Source of the DNA: Phaeosaccion multiseriatum
Taxonomy: Eukaryota > Protista > Ochrophyta, other classes
DNA: 64,000 nt
Direction: 5' to 3'
NCBI GenBank assembly: GCA_965112735.1
Contig: OZ218950.1
Location: 5,642,001 to 5,706,000 of the forward strand
The notes under the pieces were generated by a model. That model did no database searches. It was not told the DNA's origin and worked only from the letters and a program-made list of their open reading frames with translations. Position 1 is the first letter of the stretch. Each line of letters begins with the position of its first letter. Made by a program: the position numbers and the translations under genes. This document shows positions 24,098-36,500 of this stretch, piece by piece.

Positions 24098-27000
24098 GAG
24101 GGAGGGAGAGAGAGAGAGAGAGGGGGGGAGAGAGAGGGAGAGAGAGAGAGACCCTTGAGGCAAGCCGCGGCATGTATCCCCTCACACTTTCACACTTTCA
24201 CACTTTCAGTTTCTTAGGTGATTCCTATTAAGTCAATAAAGTTTTCCCCTCTTCTCTCGAGTCTCTGCTGTCTCTGACCTTCGCTGCCCCCCCCCCCCAC
24301 CTCTTCTCCCTCCCCTCCCCCCCCCCCCCACCTCTTCTCCCTCCCCTCCCCCCCTCCCCCTCCTTGCCTCCTCCCCCCCTACCCCGCTCCTCAGACGCGA
24401 CTTTTATTCGACCACCTCGATTTGGACGCGAGCGGCTTCATGTCGGTCGCCGACTGCTGCGGTGCGCTGAGAGGACCCATGGGGGTCAAGAGGGAGGCCC
24501 TGGTCAGACAAGCCTTCAGAAGGGTCGACACTGAAGGACGAGGTGAGGGCATGATGGGCATGATGGGCATGATGGGCATGATGGTGATGATGAGGAGGCG
24601 TGGAGGGATGTTGCATTGGGTTGGTCAGCTTAGTTCAGCTCAGTTCATGACATGTGAACCAATATCGATCCCATCATCCAATATCGAGCCAAAAGTCGAT
24701 ATCACAATTGGTTGGTCATTGGGAGGTTGGTGATCCATTGGCAAGCGACCCACGACGCCATGGGAGGGGGGTGGGGGGTGGGGGACGGGGCAAGTGTGGG
24801 TGGGTGAAAGGCACTTTATTGACTTAGCAAGTGTGGGTGGGTGAGGGTGTTCTTGCTTGCCAGTTGCAAATGCTTGTGTGTGTGTTGTTGTGTTGGTGTG
24901 ACATGAGCGCTGCGGAAGCCTACCCTACCGTATGCCTACCCTACCGTATGCCTACCCTACCGTATGCTGTGTCCTGAAGCGCTCTCCTCCTGCTGCTGCT
25001 GTATCACCAACTGCTTCTGCTGCTACTGCTGCCTGTGATCTCCGCGTGATCAGGGCGGGTGGATGCGGCTGCTCTGGCGCAGAGTTTCGACGCATCAAAG
25101 GTCAGTTCCGCCCCCTTCACTCGGAAGGGTACTTACTTACGTACTTACTTACGTAAGGATATTGAGCCGACAGGGGGGGGTTCATAAGGTTCCATAAGAC
25201 GAGAGACTGACTAAATCTGCTTCCTCCCTTCCCTTTCCGCACGCTTACTCATCTCACCTTCCCCCTCTGCTCCCTCCCCTCTCCCCTCCCCTCTCCCCTC
25301 TCCTGTAGCATCCTCGCGCCATTGCCGGTCTCGAGTCTCCCTCCTCTCTCCTCAAACACTTCCTCGACACCTTCCACTGCCAAGAGGGCTTGGGCTGGGC
25401 AACAGAGGACGACTTTGTCGAGCATTATGCCAATGTTAGCGCCTCAGTGGAGAGCGATGACTACTTCGAGCGACTCATCAGAGGGTGCTGGTGAGGGAGG
25501 GGGGGGGAGGGGAGGGGAGGGGAGGGGAGTGGAGTGGAGGGGAGGGGAGGGGGGGGGGAGGGAGTGAGTGAGTGAGGGAGGGAGAGAGGTAGGGAGGGGA
25601 GGGAGTGAGTGAGGGAGGGGCGGCGAGGAGTGAGTGAGGGAGGCAATGATTGAGTGAGTCCTTGCTTGCTTGGTGCTTCTGCATGCTTGCTTGCCGTGTT
25701 GTGCCTTGTAGCTTACTCTTGCTTTGTGTTCATCCCTGTGCAGGTGCGGTGGAATGAGTGGAGGAGGTGGCAGTAGCAGGTAAGGAGGGAGGGAAGGAAG
25801 GAGGGAAGGAAGGAAGAAAGGCTTCCCCCTCTCTCCGCCTCTCCCCACGGATGAATAGCACTGCACAGAGCACGGAGGGGAGGGGATGATAAAGCCCTGC
25901 TTAGAGCCCCCTCGTCTGACTCCTCCCGTCCCCTCCCCCGTCCTCCATCCACTGCCATCCCCTCTCCCCATCCACCGCCATGCCATCTCCTACCCCTCAG
26001 TGCCGTGGACCAGTACGTGCTGGTGACGCACCGAGACGGGCAACAAACAGTGCACCTCCTCAAGCAAAAGCAACCGCAGCAGTTGGTGATACAGCAGCAA
26101 CAACAACACAGGGGAGAGGCCCCTCCTCCTCCACCTGCCCCTACCCAGAGACAGCTCTTGCGTCAACTCGCGGACCTTGGTGTGGATGATGCTCTCGAAG
26201 CGATGCCCTTGCCTGGACCCGGGGAGGCAGGGGTGGGGTCGGTGGGCGCCGCTGCCCGACAGAAAAGCGCACCACAATCGCTCTCCACGGCGGTGTCTTC
26301 TGCCCAGAGAACAGCAGGAGGAGGAGACGACCTTCCTCGGGGAGCTCTAGGAGCCTCTGCTGCTGTATCACCAACTGCTGCTGCTGGTGGTGGTGGTGGG
26401 CCCCAGGGGGGAAGGGAGGCCTCCTCAGGAAGGAGAGGCCTCCACGGCGCCACCTCCTCTTCCCTCTCCTTCCCTGCCTCCGAACACTCCGGGCAGGCAT
26501 ATGGGCAGCCAAAGGAATATGGACAGGCAAAGGGGAAGGGGGAGGCGCCGGCTCCCCTTCATGGGGGGGTGGGGGGCATGGGTGCGAATCGTCGACGGGC
26601 GATTGGTGGTGGGGGGGGGGATCCCGGGGTGGCCTTCCTTCTGCTCAAGATGAAGCAGCAGCTGCTGGAGAGGGGCGGAGTGGGGGGGGTGTGTTTGCTG
26701 AGAAAACGCATCCTCGCTGTGTTGGACAGAAGGGCGGGAGGAGAGGGGGGGGCAGGGGCCGATGAAGGAGGGGACGGAAGAGGGAGTTTGACGCTCGGAG
26801 CGGTGCGAGAGGCACTCAAGGAGGCAGGGCTCATGGACCTGACGGATGCGGACACAAGGAGGCTGTTCGAACATGTTGATCAGGGGGGGGCAGGAAGGAT
26901 CCGCATTGATGACTTCATGCAGGTGAGGGGGGGTTACTTAAGTCAATGGGTGGGTACGTAGGCTAATGGGTGGGTACATAAGTCAATGGGTGGGTATGTA

Positions 27001-27924
27001 TGTTAATGGGTGGGTACATAAGTCAATGGGTGGGTACGTAAGTTAATGGGTGGGTATATGAGTCAATGGGTAGGTACGTGGGTGCATGTCAATGAGCGGG
27101 TGGATGGATGGATGGATGGATAGATAGATGGATAGATGGATAGATGGGTGGGTGGAAGGGTGGGTGGGTGTTTTGGTGAGGGAGAGGGGAGTGAGAGAGT
27201 GAGAGAGGGGGTGTTCACTAATGTCGTACGCGTAGTGAGAAAGTGACTGACTGACTGACTGACTGACTGACTGACTGACTGACTGACTGACTGACTGACT
27301 GACTGACTGACTGACTGACCGACCGACTGACTGACTGGTGAGTGCCTTCGAAACAAACCCCCCAGCCAACAACGCAATACCAACATCACAACCCCACCCG
27401 CACCACCCACCCCACCCACGCCATCCATCCCTTCAACCCCCACAGGCTCTTCGTCCCGAGCTCACAGGGCGTCGCTTGGAGGTGACTTGCCGAGCCTTTG
27501 ACGGTCTCTGCTCTGGCATGGCGGTCTCCTGCCCCCCCCAGGGCCTTCTCGACCGCTTCGCCGCACACGCCAGCAGCAGGGCCCAGGCTCAGGCTCAGGC
27601 TCAAGGCCGAGGCAGCAGCAGCAGCAGCAACAGCAGCAAGAGACAGCAGGAGGAGGATCTGCGTGCCTTCACCGAGGCCTTTTGCTGCTATTCGTCGTGG
27701 GCCCAGGGTATGGGGGCTTCTCTCAGTGGTGCAGGGTGCCGTCCTGTTACCAAGGAGGACTTTGTGACCTTCTATGCGGATGTGGGTGCGTGCGTGGCTT
27801 TGGATTCTTCCTTTGAGGAGCTCCTATGTAACACTTGGGGTGTGAGCCGTGCCCACTCAGACGACATGACTGGCACTGGAACTGGCCCTGGCGGCGTTGG
27901 GGGCCCGACTCACGGGCACCACCA

Positions 27925-27959
<35 letters not shown>

Positions 27960-28039
27960 TGGTGATACAGCAGCAGCCTCATATGGCTCTCAGCAACACT
28001 TACAACTCGTCGCAGGTGAGCTTCCTCCGCGACGACAGC

Positions 28040-28086
<47 letters not shown>

Positions 28087-30196
28087 CGGGGGCCAGCAGG
28101 GGCCGGGGGGCAGCGCCTCCTTGCCCCTTGGTCCTGGCCAGCAGACCACACACGCCACTCGCGGTTCGGCCCGACACGGCCACGGCAAGCGGTACATGCA
28201 TACCTCGGTTGCGCAGACCACGCACTTCGGCAAAGGAATGGCGCTGGAGGACGGGGCGGCGGGGGGGAGGGCGGCTTCCTCTTGCCGTGAATCTTCGAAC
28301 CCCTCCTCGAGGGGCTCTCTTACCACCCAGCCTCATGCCTCCTCCCCCCAACCCAAGGGGTCGGTATCTTCCATCAGGTGTGTGGGGGCACGGCAGGGTA
28401 GAGGTGTATGGGCAGGGCAGGGTAAGGTAGGGTAGAGGTGTATGGGCAGGGCCGGGTATGGGTGTATGGGCAGGGCAGGGTAGAGGTGTATGGGCAGAGC
28501 AGGGTAGAGGTGTATGGGCAGGGCAGAGTAAAGGTGTATGGGCAGGGCAGGGTAAAGGTGTATGGGCAGGGGTAGGGTAGAGGTGTATGGGCACGGCAGG
28601 GTAGAGGTGTATGGGCAGAGCAGGGTAGAGGTGTATGGGCAGAGCAGGGTAGAGGTGTGTGGGCAGAGCAGGGTAGAGGTGTGTGGGCAGGGCAGAGTAA
28701 AGGTGCATGGGCAGGGCAGGGTAGAGGTGTATGAGCAGAGCAGGGTAGAGGTGTGTGGGCAGGGCAGAGTAAAGGTGCATGGGCAGGGCAGGGTAGAGGT
28801 GTATGGGCAGGGCGAGGCAGGCCAGGGCCCCGCAGACAGTTAGCTGACTGACAATGTGGTGCCGGAAACCTCACCTCATCCCTCTGTTTGCCCTGTGGTG
28901 CCGCAAAGCTCACCTCATCCCTCTGTTTGCCCTGCCTCGCCTTGTCTATTCTCCTCCTGGCGGTGCTTTCTCCTCCACCCCCCCCCTCCCCCCTCCCTAA
29001 GCAGACCCCTGTCGAGCATCGCCCCTTCCTTCCTCGGCGGTCCGTCCCGTGAGCAAGACGGGCATGCCTCCGCCCAGCGCCTCGAAGCCTCTCTCGTCGG
29101 GGCTCCTCTTCGAGAGGTGTCAAGTCTGTGCAAGGCTGTACGTGCCTCGACCACCAAGGGCGGTTACTCAGCAGAGCACTCTGGTCGCCTTGCTTCCGAT
29201 CACTCCGCTGCTCACCAACGTCACGAAGGTCATCAAGGTGGTTTGTTGGGTGCTGCTGCGGCGATAGAGCTGCTGACCAGTGCTGAGCGAGGCAGTCTGA
29301 GGATGTCGGAGCAAGAGGCGGTCAGTGTCGTCGCGGGCCTTGATGTAGAGGCCAAGGGGCACATCTCAGGGTCACACCTGCTCAGCGCCGCCGGTATACA
29401 TCCCCTCGCTGGGCGGCGCCTGGTACAGGCCCGAGCTGCCTTTGGGCGCATTTGCCCGGCCTCTTCACCGGGCAACAAGAGTACCACGCTCGCTCCTTTC
29501 GCCCGCACCCTGGCGCCAAGGGCTCTGGCGGCGTCTTTCCGGGGCAGCGAAGAGGATAAGAGGGACTTCTTACAGACTTTCGAGGTAGGGCAGGAGGAGG
29601 AACAGCAGCAGTTGGTGATACAGCAGCAGCAGGGCAGGAGTGGCGGTGTGATTGTGCGCCTCGCAGACTTCCTTGGGCACTATGCTATGGTGAGCGCGAC
29701 CTTTGGCGACTCCAGGGAGAGCGACGCGGACTTTGAACACATGCTACTTCGTACATGGCCTGGTGGGGACCAGGAGGAGGAGGAGGAGGAGGAGGAGGAG
29801 GAGGAGCAGCAGGAGCAGCAGCAGGAGGAGCAGGAGGTGGGCGAGGAGGAGGCCAACCCCACTGGTTACTGGGGTGGTGATGGTCCGCCCGTGGCTCGAG
29901 GTCCGCGGCCCAACAGTGCCCTTGAAGGCATTCCAGGCTTTGATCGTCCCGGAGCAGTTTCAGGGCCAGTTTCTGGACCTGTCTCCGGAGGGAGGGGGGG
30001 GGGCGTGCCTTATTTGGGCCGCGGTCGAGCTGCTCCCATGCCGACGGCGGCCACGTCAGCGATGACGTCAGGAATGGCGTCAGGAATGGCGTCAGTGATG
30101 ACGTCAGGAGGAGGAGGAGGAGGAGGAGGAGTGCTGCCGAAGCCAGGCAGGAGGCAGAGCCTGCAATTTGCAGAGAGCAACATCGTGTTCGGGTAA
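13280..30196 (+). CDS. Giant multi-exon calcyphosin-like EF-hand protein (~7 tandem modules, >20 exons)
   Basis: Repeated module: L..RG.RG..GL / EF loop ([48 protein letters not shown]) / PL...R..LV..AF / ASxHPDV / F..YY..VS..I.DD..F..L...W. Exons checked join in frame. Ends ...[12 protein letters not shown] at 30196. Confidence 0.85.
15813..15854 (+). repeat. Two copies of dispersed 18-mer AGCAGTTGGTGATACAGC (six more elsewhere in window)
   Basis: Exact copies at 15813-15830(+), 15837-15854(+), 24998-25015(-), 26078-26095(+), 26362-26379(-), 27954-27971(+), 29607-29624(+), 41997-42014(-). Confidence 0.9.
17053..17143. repeat. (GT)n microsatellite starting at an intron donor
   Basis: Pure (GT)n directly after ...CGGAGGCAG. 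Confidence 0.95.
19121..19262. repeat. 10-bp tandem repeat (GCTTGACTTT)n, intronic
   Basis: About 11 perfect units from 19151, plus degenerate units upstream. Confidence 0.95.
19453..20190. repeat. ~740 bp (CAGT)n/(CAGG)n tetranucleotide array, intronic
   Basis: Continuous cagt units interspersed with cagg blocks. Confidence 0.95.
21193..21835. repeat. Compound (GT)n/(GC/AC) alternating purine-pyrimidine array, intronic
   Basis: ~640 bp of gtgtgcgtgtgtac-type units. Confidence 0.95.
23058..24150. repeat. (CCCT)n tract (23058-23465) and (GA)n/(GGAGA)n tract (23675-24150) flanking one exon
   Basis: Pyrimidine tract before the acceptor at ~23480 and purine tract after the donor at ~23671. Confidence 0.9.
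28376..28812. repeat. 24-bp G-rich minisatellite (AGGTGTATGGGCAGGGCAGGGTAG)n, intronic
   Basis: About 18 variant units beginning at the intron donor. Confidence 0.9.
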
Positions 30197-30203
30197 CGGC
30201 TGA

Positions 30204-30292
30204 AACGGCTGTCTGGCATCAGCCATGGGCAACGGCTGTCTGGCATCAGCCATAGGCAACGGCTGTCTGGCATCAGCCATGGGCAACGGCTG
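30204..30292. repeat. 27-bp tandem repeat x3.3 between convergent gene ends
   Basis: AACGGCTGTCTGGCATCAGCCATRGGC at 30204, 30231 and 30258, partial at 30285. Confidence 0.9.
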
Positions 30293-30373
30293 GATTGCTT
30301 ATTACATTATTTAACATTACAGTATATAAATATTCCAAATCGCGAAGATACCCTCGGCACCCCTCGGCTCACT

Positions 30374-33300
30374 TCATGTCCAAATCGTGAAGATGCTGGT
30401 GTTGGTGTTGGTGTTGGTGTTGGTGTTGGACGACAGTGTAGACGCCTTGCTCAAAACATCCCTCGCCTCACTCACCGTCAGGCTCGTGCCCCTCACTTGG
30501 GCAGGATCAAGAGCAGTAGTAGCAAGAGCTGCTACATCAGACTCCCCCCCCCCTCCTCCTCCTCCTCCTCCTCCTCCTCCTCCTCCTCCTCCTCCTCCTC
30601 CTCCTCCTCCTCCTCCTCCTCTTCCCTGTGAGGAGAGCCCATCCCAAGCGGCCTTGAGCTTCCCACTCCCCGACTGCCTCTTCTGACTGGTGTTGACTGT
30701 GACCCACCGCTTCCGCCCCGCTGCGAGGGCCTCCAGTTCAGAATCATAGTCTCGAGAGTCCGGTACCACTCTCCGCGCGCTGTTCCACGATCTTCCGCCA
30801 AGACTCCCTCGTCCTCCTCCTCCTCCTCCTCCTCCTCCTCCTCCTCCTCCTCCTCCTCCTCCTCCTCCTCCTCCTCCTCCTCCTCCTCCTCCTCCTCCTC
30901 CTCCTCCTCCTCCTCCTCCTCCTCCTCCTCCTCCTCCTCCTCCTCCTCCTCCTCCTCCTCCTCCTCCTCCTCCTCCTCCTCCTCCTCCTCCTCCTCCTCC
31001 TCCTCCTCCTCCTCCTCCTCCTCCTCCTCCTCCTCCTCCTCCTCCTCCTCCTCCTCCTCCTCCTCCTCCTCCTCCTCCTCCTCCTCCTCCTCCTCCTCCT
31101 CCTCCTCCTCCTCCTCCTCCTCCTCCTCCTCCTCCTCCTCCTCCTCCTCCTCCTCCTCCTCCTCCTCCTCCTCCTCCTCCTCCTCCTCCTCCTCCTCCTC
31201 CTCCTCCTCCTCCTTCTCCCCCTGCGTCGTCGTTTCCGCCGCTGCAACTCCTTTGCTCCCCTCTGCCACTCTCATCCCCCCCAAGCTGCACGCCCCCGTC
31301 GATCCCCGTTGCCTGGCTTGGTGTTGTGTGTGTGGGCTGACAGCCTGCATCGTCTATGCGACTTCGGCTGCGCTTTCTTCCTTCGCTTCCTGCTTTCTCT
31401 AGTGTTGTCTCTGCTGTCTTTACTGCTTCTTGTATCTGTTGAGGTGCAGTAAGAGGCTTTTGGAACTCGCTACGGACCGGGTTGAAAGTCTCGATGAGCT
31501 GCGGGGAGGGGAGAGAGGAGCAAGAGGGGGAGGAGGACAACAGAGAGGGAGCGAGAAAGAGGGACGTAGAGAGAGGGACGTAGAGAGAGGGAGGGAGAGA
31601 GGGAGGAGAGAGAGTCATGTCGAGCCGCAGAGGGAGAGGGAGAGCGTCGACAGTGTCAAGAGGGGCGGATGCGTATCTATCGGTATCTATCGGTATCTAT
31701 CGGGGAAGATCCGTCGCTTGCAGCTCACTATGAAGCCAAGTTCCCTCCCTCCTCCTCTTCTTCCCCATTGCGCCTTCCGCCCACTTCGTGTACTCAGCGC
31801 ACTCCGCCCACTCCGCCCGCCCCCCGCCTCCATCCAGCCCATTAGCATCTCGCTCTCCTCTCCTTTGCTCTCCTCTCCTTTGCTCTCCTCTCCTTTGCTC
31901 TCCTCTCCTCTGCTGTGCTCTGCTCTGCTCTGCTCTGCTCTTCTCTTCTCTCCCTCTTCTCTCCTCTCCTCCTCTCCCCTCTCTCCTCTCCTCCCTCCCC
32001 GTCCTCACTCACCTCCGCCAGCACCTTGAGCTTGATGGGCTTCCCCGCAAAGCCATCCATACCCACATCTTCGCAGTGCAATATGTCGGTGTCGTCGGTG
32101 TTGGCCGACATGCCAATCACCACCTGCCTCTCCCTCCGCCCTGTCAGCTCCTCAAACACTCTCAGCCGTCTGCAGCACTCCATCCCGTCCAAAACAGGCA
32201 TATGGAGATCGCAAAGGACAATAGAAAAGACTCTCTCCTGCATCATTTTGAGTCCCTCTGCGCCGTTCCTGCCGTGCGACGTGTCGAAGCCGAGCCGCTT
32301 TGCCGCCTTGCAGAGCAGAGTGGCCACCGTCCTAGGGTATGGTGGATTGGTGTGGGGTGAGAGAGAGGGATAGCAACAGCAGTAGCAACAGCAGTAGCAA
32401 CAGCAGTAGCATTGGCAACAGCAGCAGAAGCAGAAGCAGTAGCAGTAGCAGCAGCACCAGCACCAGCACAAGCAGTAGCAGCAGTAGCAGCAGCAGGGGG
32501 AGATGGTGGTCAAGAACACAGAAGAAAATCGGAAAGAAAAGAAAAAAAGGCTCTCTCCCCGAGGGGGGACGAGGAAGAAACCATGGTACACCCCGCATCA
32601 TCATCCCCTCGATTCCTAATAAGTCAATAAAAAAACACCCCCACATCCTCGAACATCCCCTCTCCGTCAGTGCAAGGGAGACACTACATGTACTTGAACC
32701 CGTCCGTCCATCTCTACATCTCTCCGCCCCTCCTCCACTGGCCTCCACTGCCCCTCCTCCACTGCCATCCACTGCCATCCACTGCCATCCACTGCCATCC
32801 ACTGGCCTCCACTGGCCTCCACTGCCCCTCCTCCACTGCCCCTCCTCCACTGCCCCTCCTCCACTGCCCCTCCTCCACTGCCATCCACTGCCATCCACTG
32901 CCATCCACTGGCCTCCACTGCCATCCACTGCCATCCACTGGCCTCCACTTCCATCCACTGCCATCCACTGCCATCCACTGCCATCCACTGCCATCCACTG
33001 CCCCTCCCAAAGACGTGCACCACTTTCGTTCTCGCTTATTGTCCAGGCGGGTCTTTCTAGCTCCTCCCCCGTCCCCTCCCCTCCCTCATGTTAGTACCTG
33101 GTGTCATCTATAACGAGGATACTTTTCTTGCCCGTGGCCTTGTGCCCATCCTTCTCCTTATCCTCACATCCCCCCTCCCCCCGCCGCTCCGAACCCCTCA
33201 TTCGCTCCTCCTTGCTGGCTGTCGGGGAGAGAGGAGGGAGAACGGCCGTTGGTCTTGGTCCGTTGGTTTGGGTGGTCTCCCATCCCTTGGCCTTGCCATT

Positions 33301-33559
33301 CTCCAAATCTTCCGCCACATTATCCTTGTCCTTGCCGGCACAACCACTTCCATCGCTCTCCTCCTTTGCATCCTTCGCATCCTTCGGACTCGTTGTCTTT
33401 GCTGCATTCGCCGATGAACGTCGCTCCAAAAAGCCTGATACGCCCCTGGGCTTGTTGTCGCTGCGGTTGTCAATATCGTACCGCCCCACGAAGCCTCTGC
33501 CTTGCTCTCCTCCTCCTGCTCCTCCTCTTGCTCCTCCTCCTGCTCCTCCTCCTGCTCCT

Positions 33560-33595
<36 letters not shown>

Positions 33596-36500
33596 CCTCC
33601 TCCTGCTCCTGCTCCTCCTCCTGTTCCTTCTCCTGCTGCTCCTCTTGCTGCTCCTCCTCCTTCTCCGCTGTTTCCTATGCTTCCTGTTCCACTACCCCCT
33701 ATGCTCCCTCCTCCTCCTTCTCCTCCTCCTGCTCCTCTTCCTCCTCCTCCTCCTCCTCCTCCTCCTCCTCCTCCTCCTCCTCCTCCTCCTCCTCCTCCTC
33801 CTCCTCCTCCTCCTCCTCCTCTGCCTCTTCCTCCTCCTCCTCCTCCTCCTCCTCCTCCTCCTCCTCCTCCTCCTCCTCCTCCTCCTCCTCCTCCTCCTCC
33901 CCTCCGCATTTCGTCTCTCTTTCTCTGCAGCCTCTGTTCCTCCTGTTCTATAAGCTCCTGCTTGTACATATTCGTCTCCGAATGCGGCACTAGCTCCACC
34001 TTCTCATACAGCCTGCCTCCCTCCTCCACAGCGCTGTCCATGCCATAGTCTGACCAATCGTCCTCCCTGCTACTCCTGGTGCTCCCCTCCTCTGCGCTCT
34101 CGCTGACCTCCTCTATGTCACCCCCTGCGTCCGACGAATCCCCTTCTGGCCCGGGCGCCAGGTACGGCAACCGAAAGTAGAAGATGGAACCCTTTCGTTC
34201 CATTAAAAAGTAAAAATCATGTTTTTGTTCGTCGGTAATTCAAGTTGATTGGACAGAACGGGAGCAAATCCAATCACACCACGACACACGTCAAGGAGAG
34301 AGGGAGGGAGGGAGGGAGGGAGAGAGGGAAAGAGAGGGAAAGAGACAGAGAGAGAGGGAGAGAGAGGGAGAGAGAGAAGAGAGCAGGTGTGGTTAGCAAG
34401 AGAGAGAGACAAGAGAGCAGGTGTGGTTAGCAAGGGAGAGAGAGAAGAGAGCAGGTGTGGCTAGCGTCTCTCCGCTTGCGCACATCACCCCCTCTCATCT
34501 TCTCGTCATCACTTTCGTGTGGATGTGCCGAGACACACCCACTTGCAAACACAGGCCCACAGGGCCACAGACAGAGAGCAGCAGGCAGGGAGCAGCAGGC
34601 AGGGAAGGAGAACAAGCCTGCTTGCTGCTACCTACCGGACTGTCCCTACCGACTGTCCGTAGTGATTGCCCCTACTGACCTGGGGTTGGTTGTCCAACAT
34701 TCCGCAGTCCCCGCCGAGCAACAAGGCCTTCTGCTTGACGCTGTAGAGGCCCAGGCCGGTGCCCTGCGTCTGATAATTCTGACACTGAGAGAAGGCTTTG
34801 AAGAGGCGATGCTGGTAGTTGGCAGGCACCCTGTCACGTGTATCATGTGTGTAAGGTGTAGTGAGGTTTGTGTTGTGAGGTGGAAAGTGGAAAGGTGGAA
34901 CATGTTCTCACCTACTAACTCAGTCACTGAGTCACTCAGTCACTGAGTCACTCAGTCACTTGCTCAATCACTCACGCACGCACACTCACCCACCCACCCA
35001 CTCACCCACCCACCTACCCATCCATCCACTCACCCACCCACCCACTCACCTACCCACCCACTCACCTACCCACCCACTCACCTACCCACCCACTCACCCC
35101 CCCACCCACTCACCCACCCACCCACCCACCCACCCACTCACCCTCCCACTCACCCACCCACTCACACACTCACCCACGCACTCACCGATCCACCCACCCA
35201 CCCACCCACTCACCCACCCACCCACCCACCCACCCACTCACACACTCACCCAATACCGGTGTCGATGACCGCATACCGCACAAACTTGCCCTTCGCCGTC
35301 TCCGTCAGCGCCACCTCGAACACCACTTCTCCCTCCTGTGTGTACTTGCACGCATTGGTACACAAATTGATGGCCATTTGCCACACCCACTCCCCATCCG
35401 TCAGCACCGATGGGCCCAGGCCTTCCTCCAAAACGTACCGGAAAGGCACACTCTTGCTGTAACCGTGCAAGACAGTGGCACACTTTTGCATCAAGTGGGG
35501 AATGGACATGGGGGATTGGTCCGGACGGAGACTTAGGCTCGTCTGGCCGTTGTGCAGCCTGCCCAGATCGATGGCCTGTACCACGGTGAGCGACATGAGC
35601 TCAATGGACACTTTTGCTTCTCTGATGAGACTCATTTGTTCTCTGGTGAGGTCGCCTCCTTTTCGCAGAAGGTCTAGAGCCATTCGAAAGGCCGCCAGAG
35701 GGCTGTGGACAGAGAGAGGGATAGAGAGAGGGCGGGGGGGAGGGGGGGGGAGGGAGAGATGAAGAATCAGCAACGAGCTTCTGCAGTGCGGCCGTTCCAC
35801 CCTTCTCTCATCCGTTGCCATCGCATAAATGGCAACACACACACATGTACTACAGAGGAGGAGGAGGAGGAGGAGGAGGAGGAGGAGGAGGAGGAGGAGG
35901 AGGAGGAGGAGGAGGAGGAGGGGGAGGAGGAGGAGGAGGAGGAGGAGGAGGAGGAGGAGGAGGAGGAGGAGGAGGAGGAGGAGGAGGAGGAGGAGGAGGA
36001 GGAGGAGGAGGAGGAGGAGGAGGAGGAGGAGGAGGAGGAGGAGGAGGAGGAGGAGGAGGAGGAGGAGGGGGAGGAGGAGGAGGAGGAGGTACTCACGTCT
36101 TGAGGTCGTGTGCGATGCCCGAGATGTACTCGTAACGTGCTTTGTCCTCGCTCTTGTCCTTCTCCATCTCCATTTTGAGATTCTCCTGATACTTGCGCAA
36201 GGTAACGTCCCTCGTCACAATGAGGAAGGTTAGACCCATGTTCAACTCTCTGCGGCACGTCACCACACTCTCTACGGTGAACTTGTGTGTGCTGCTGGTT
36301 TGCAGACGAAACTCAACATTGAAGCAAGCGAAGCCTCTACGCCCCCCCCCCCCATTCATGTTCCGCGCAGAGGCTCTGGCGACCTTCTCTGCCTTTTCCA
36401 GCACGAGGCGAACCATGGTGTGGTCGTCTTTGTGGACGATATCAAAGAAGCTCTTGCCCTAATAATTGGAATTGCAGAAACAAAACGAGGGAGGGGAGGG

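Noticed and set aside
28376-30292. 24-bp and 27-bp repeats as possible CRISPR arrays
   Set aside because: Head-to-tail tandem units without unique spacers, no cas genes, eukaryotic context.
30532-31350. Poly-Glu and poly-Arg ORFs over the GGA tract
   Set aside because: The splice phase from the receiver exon selects the poly-Gly frame.
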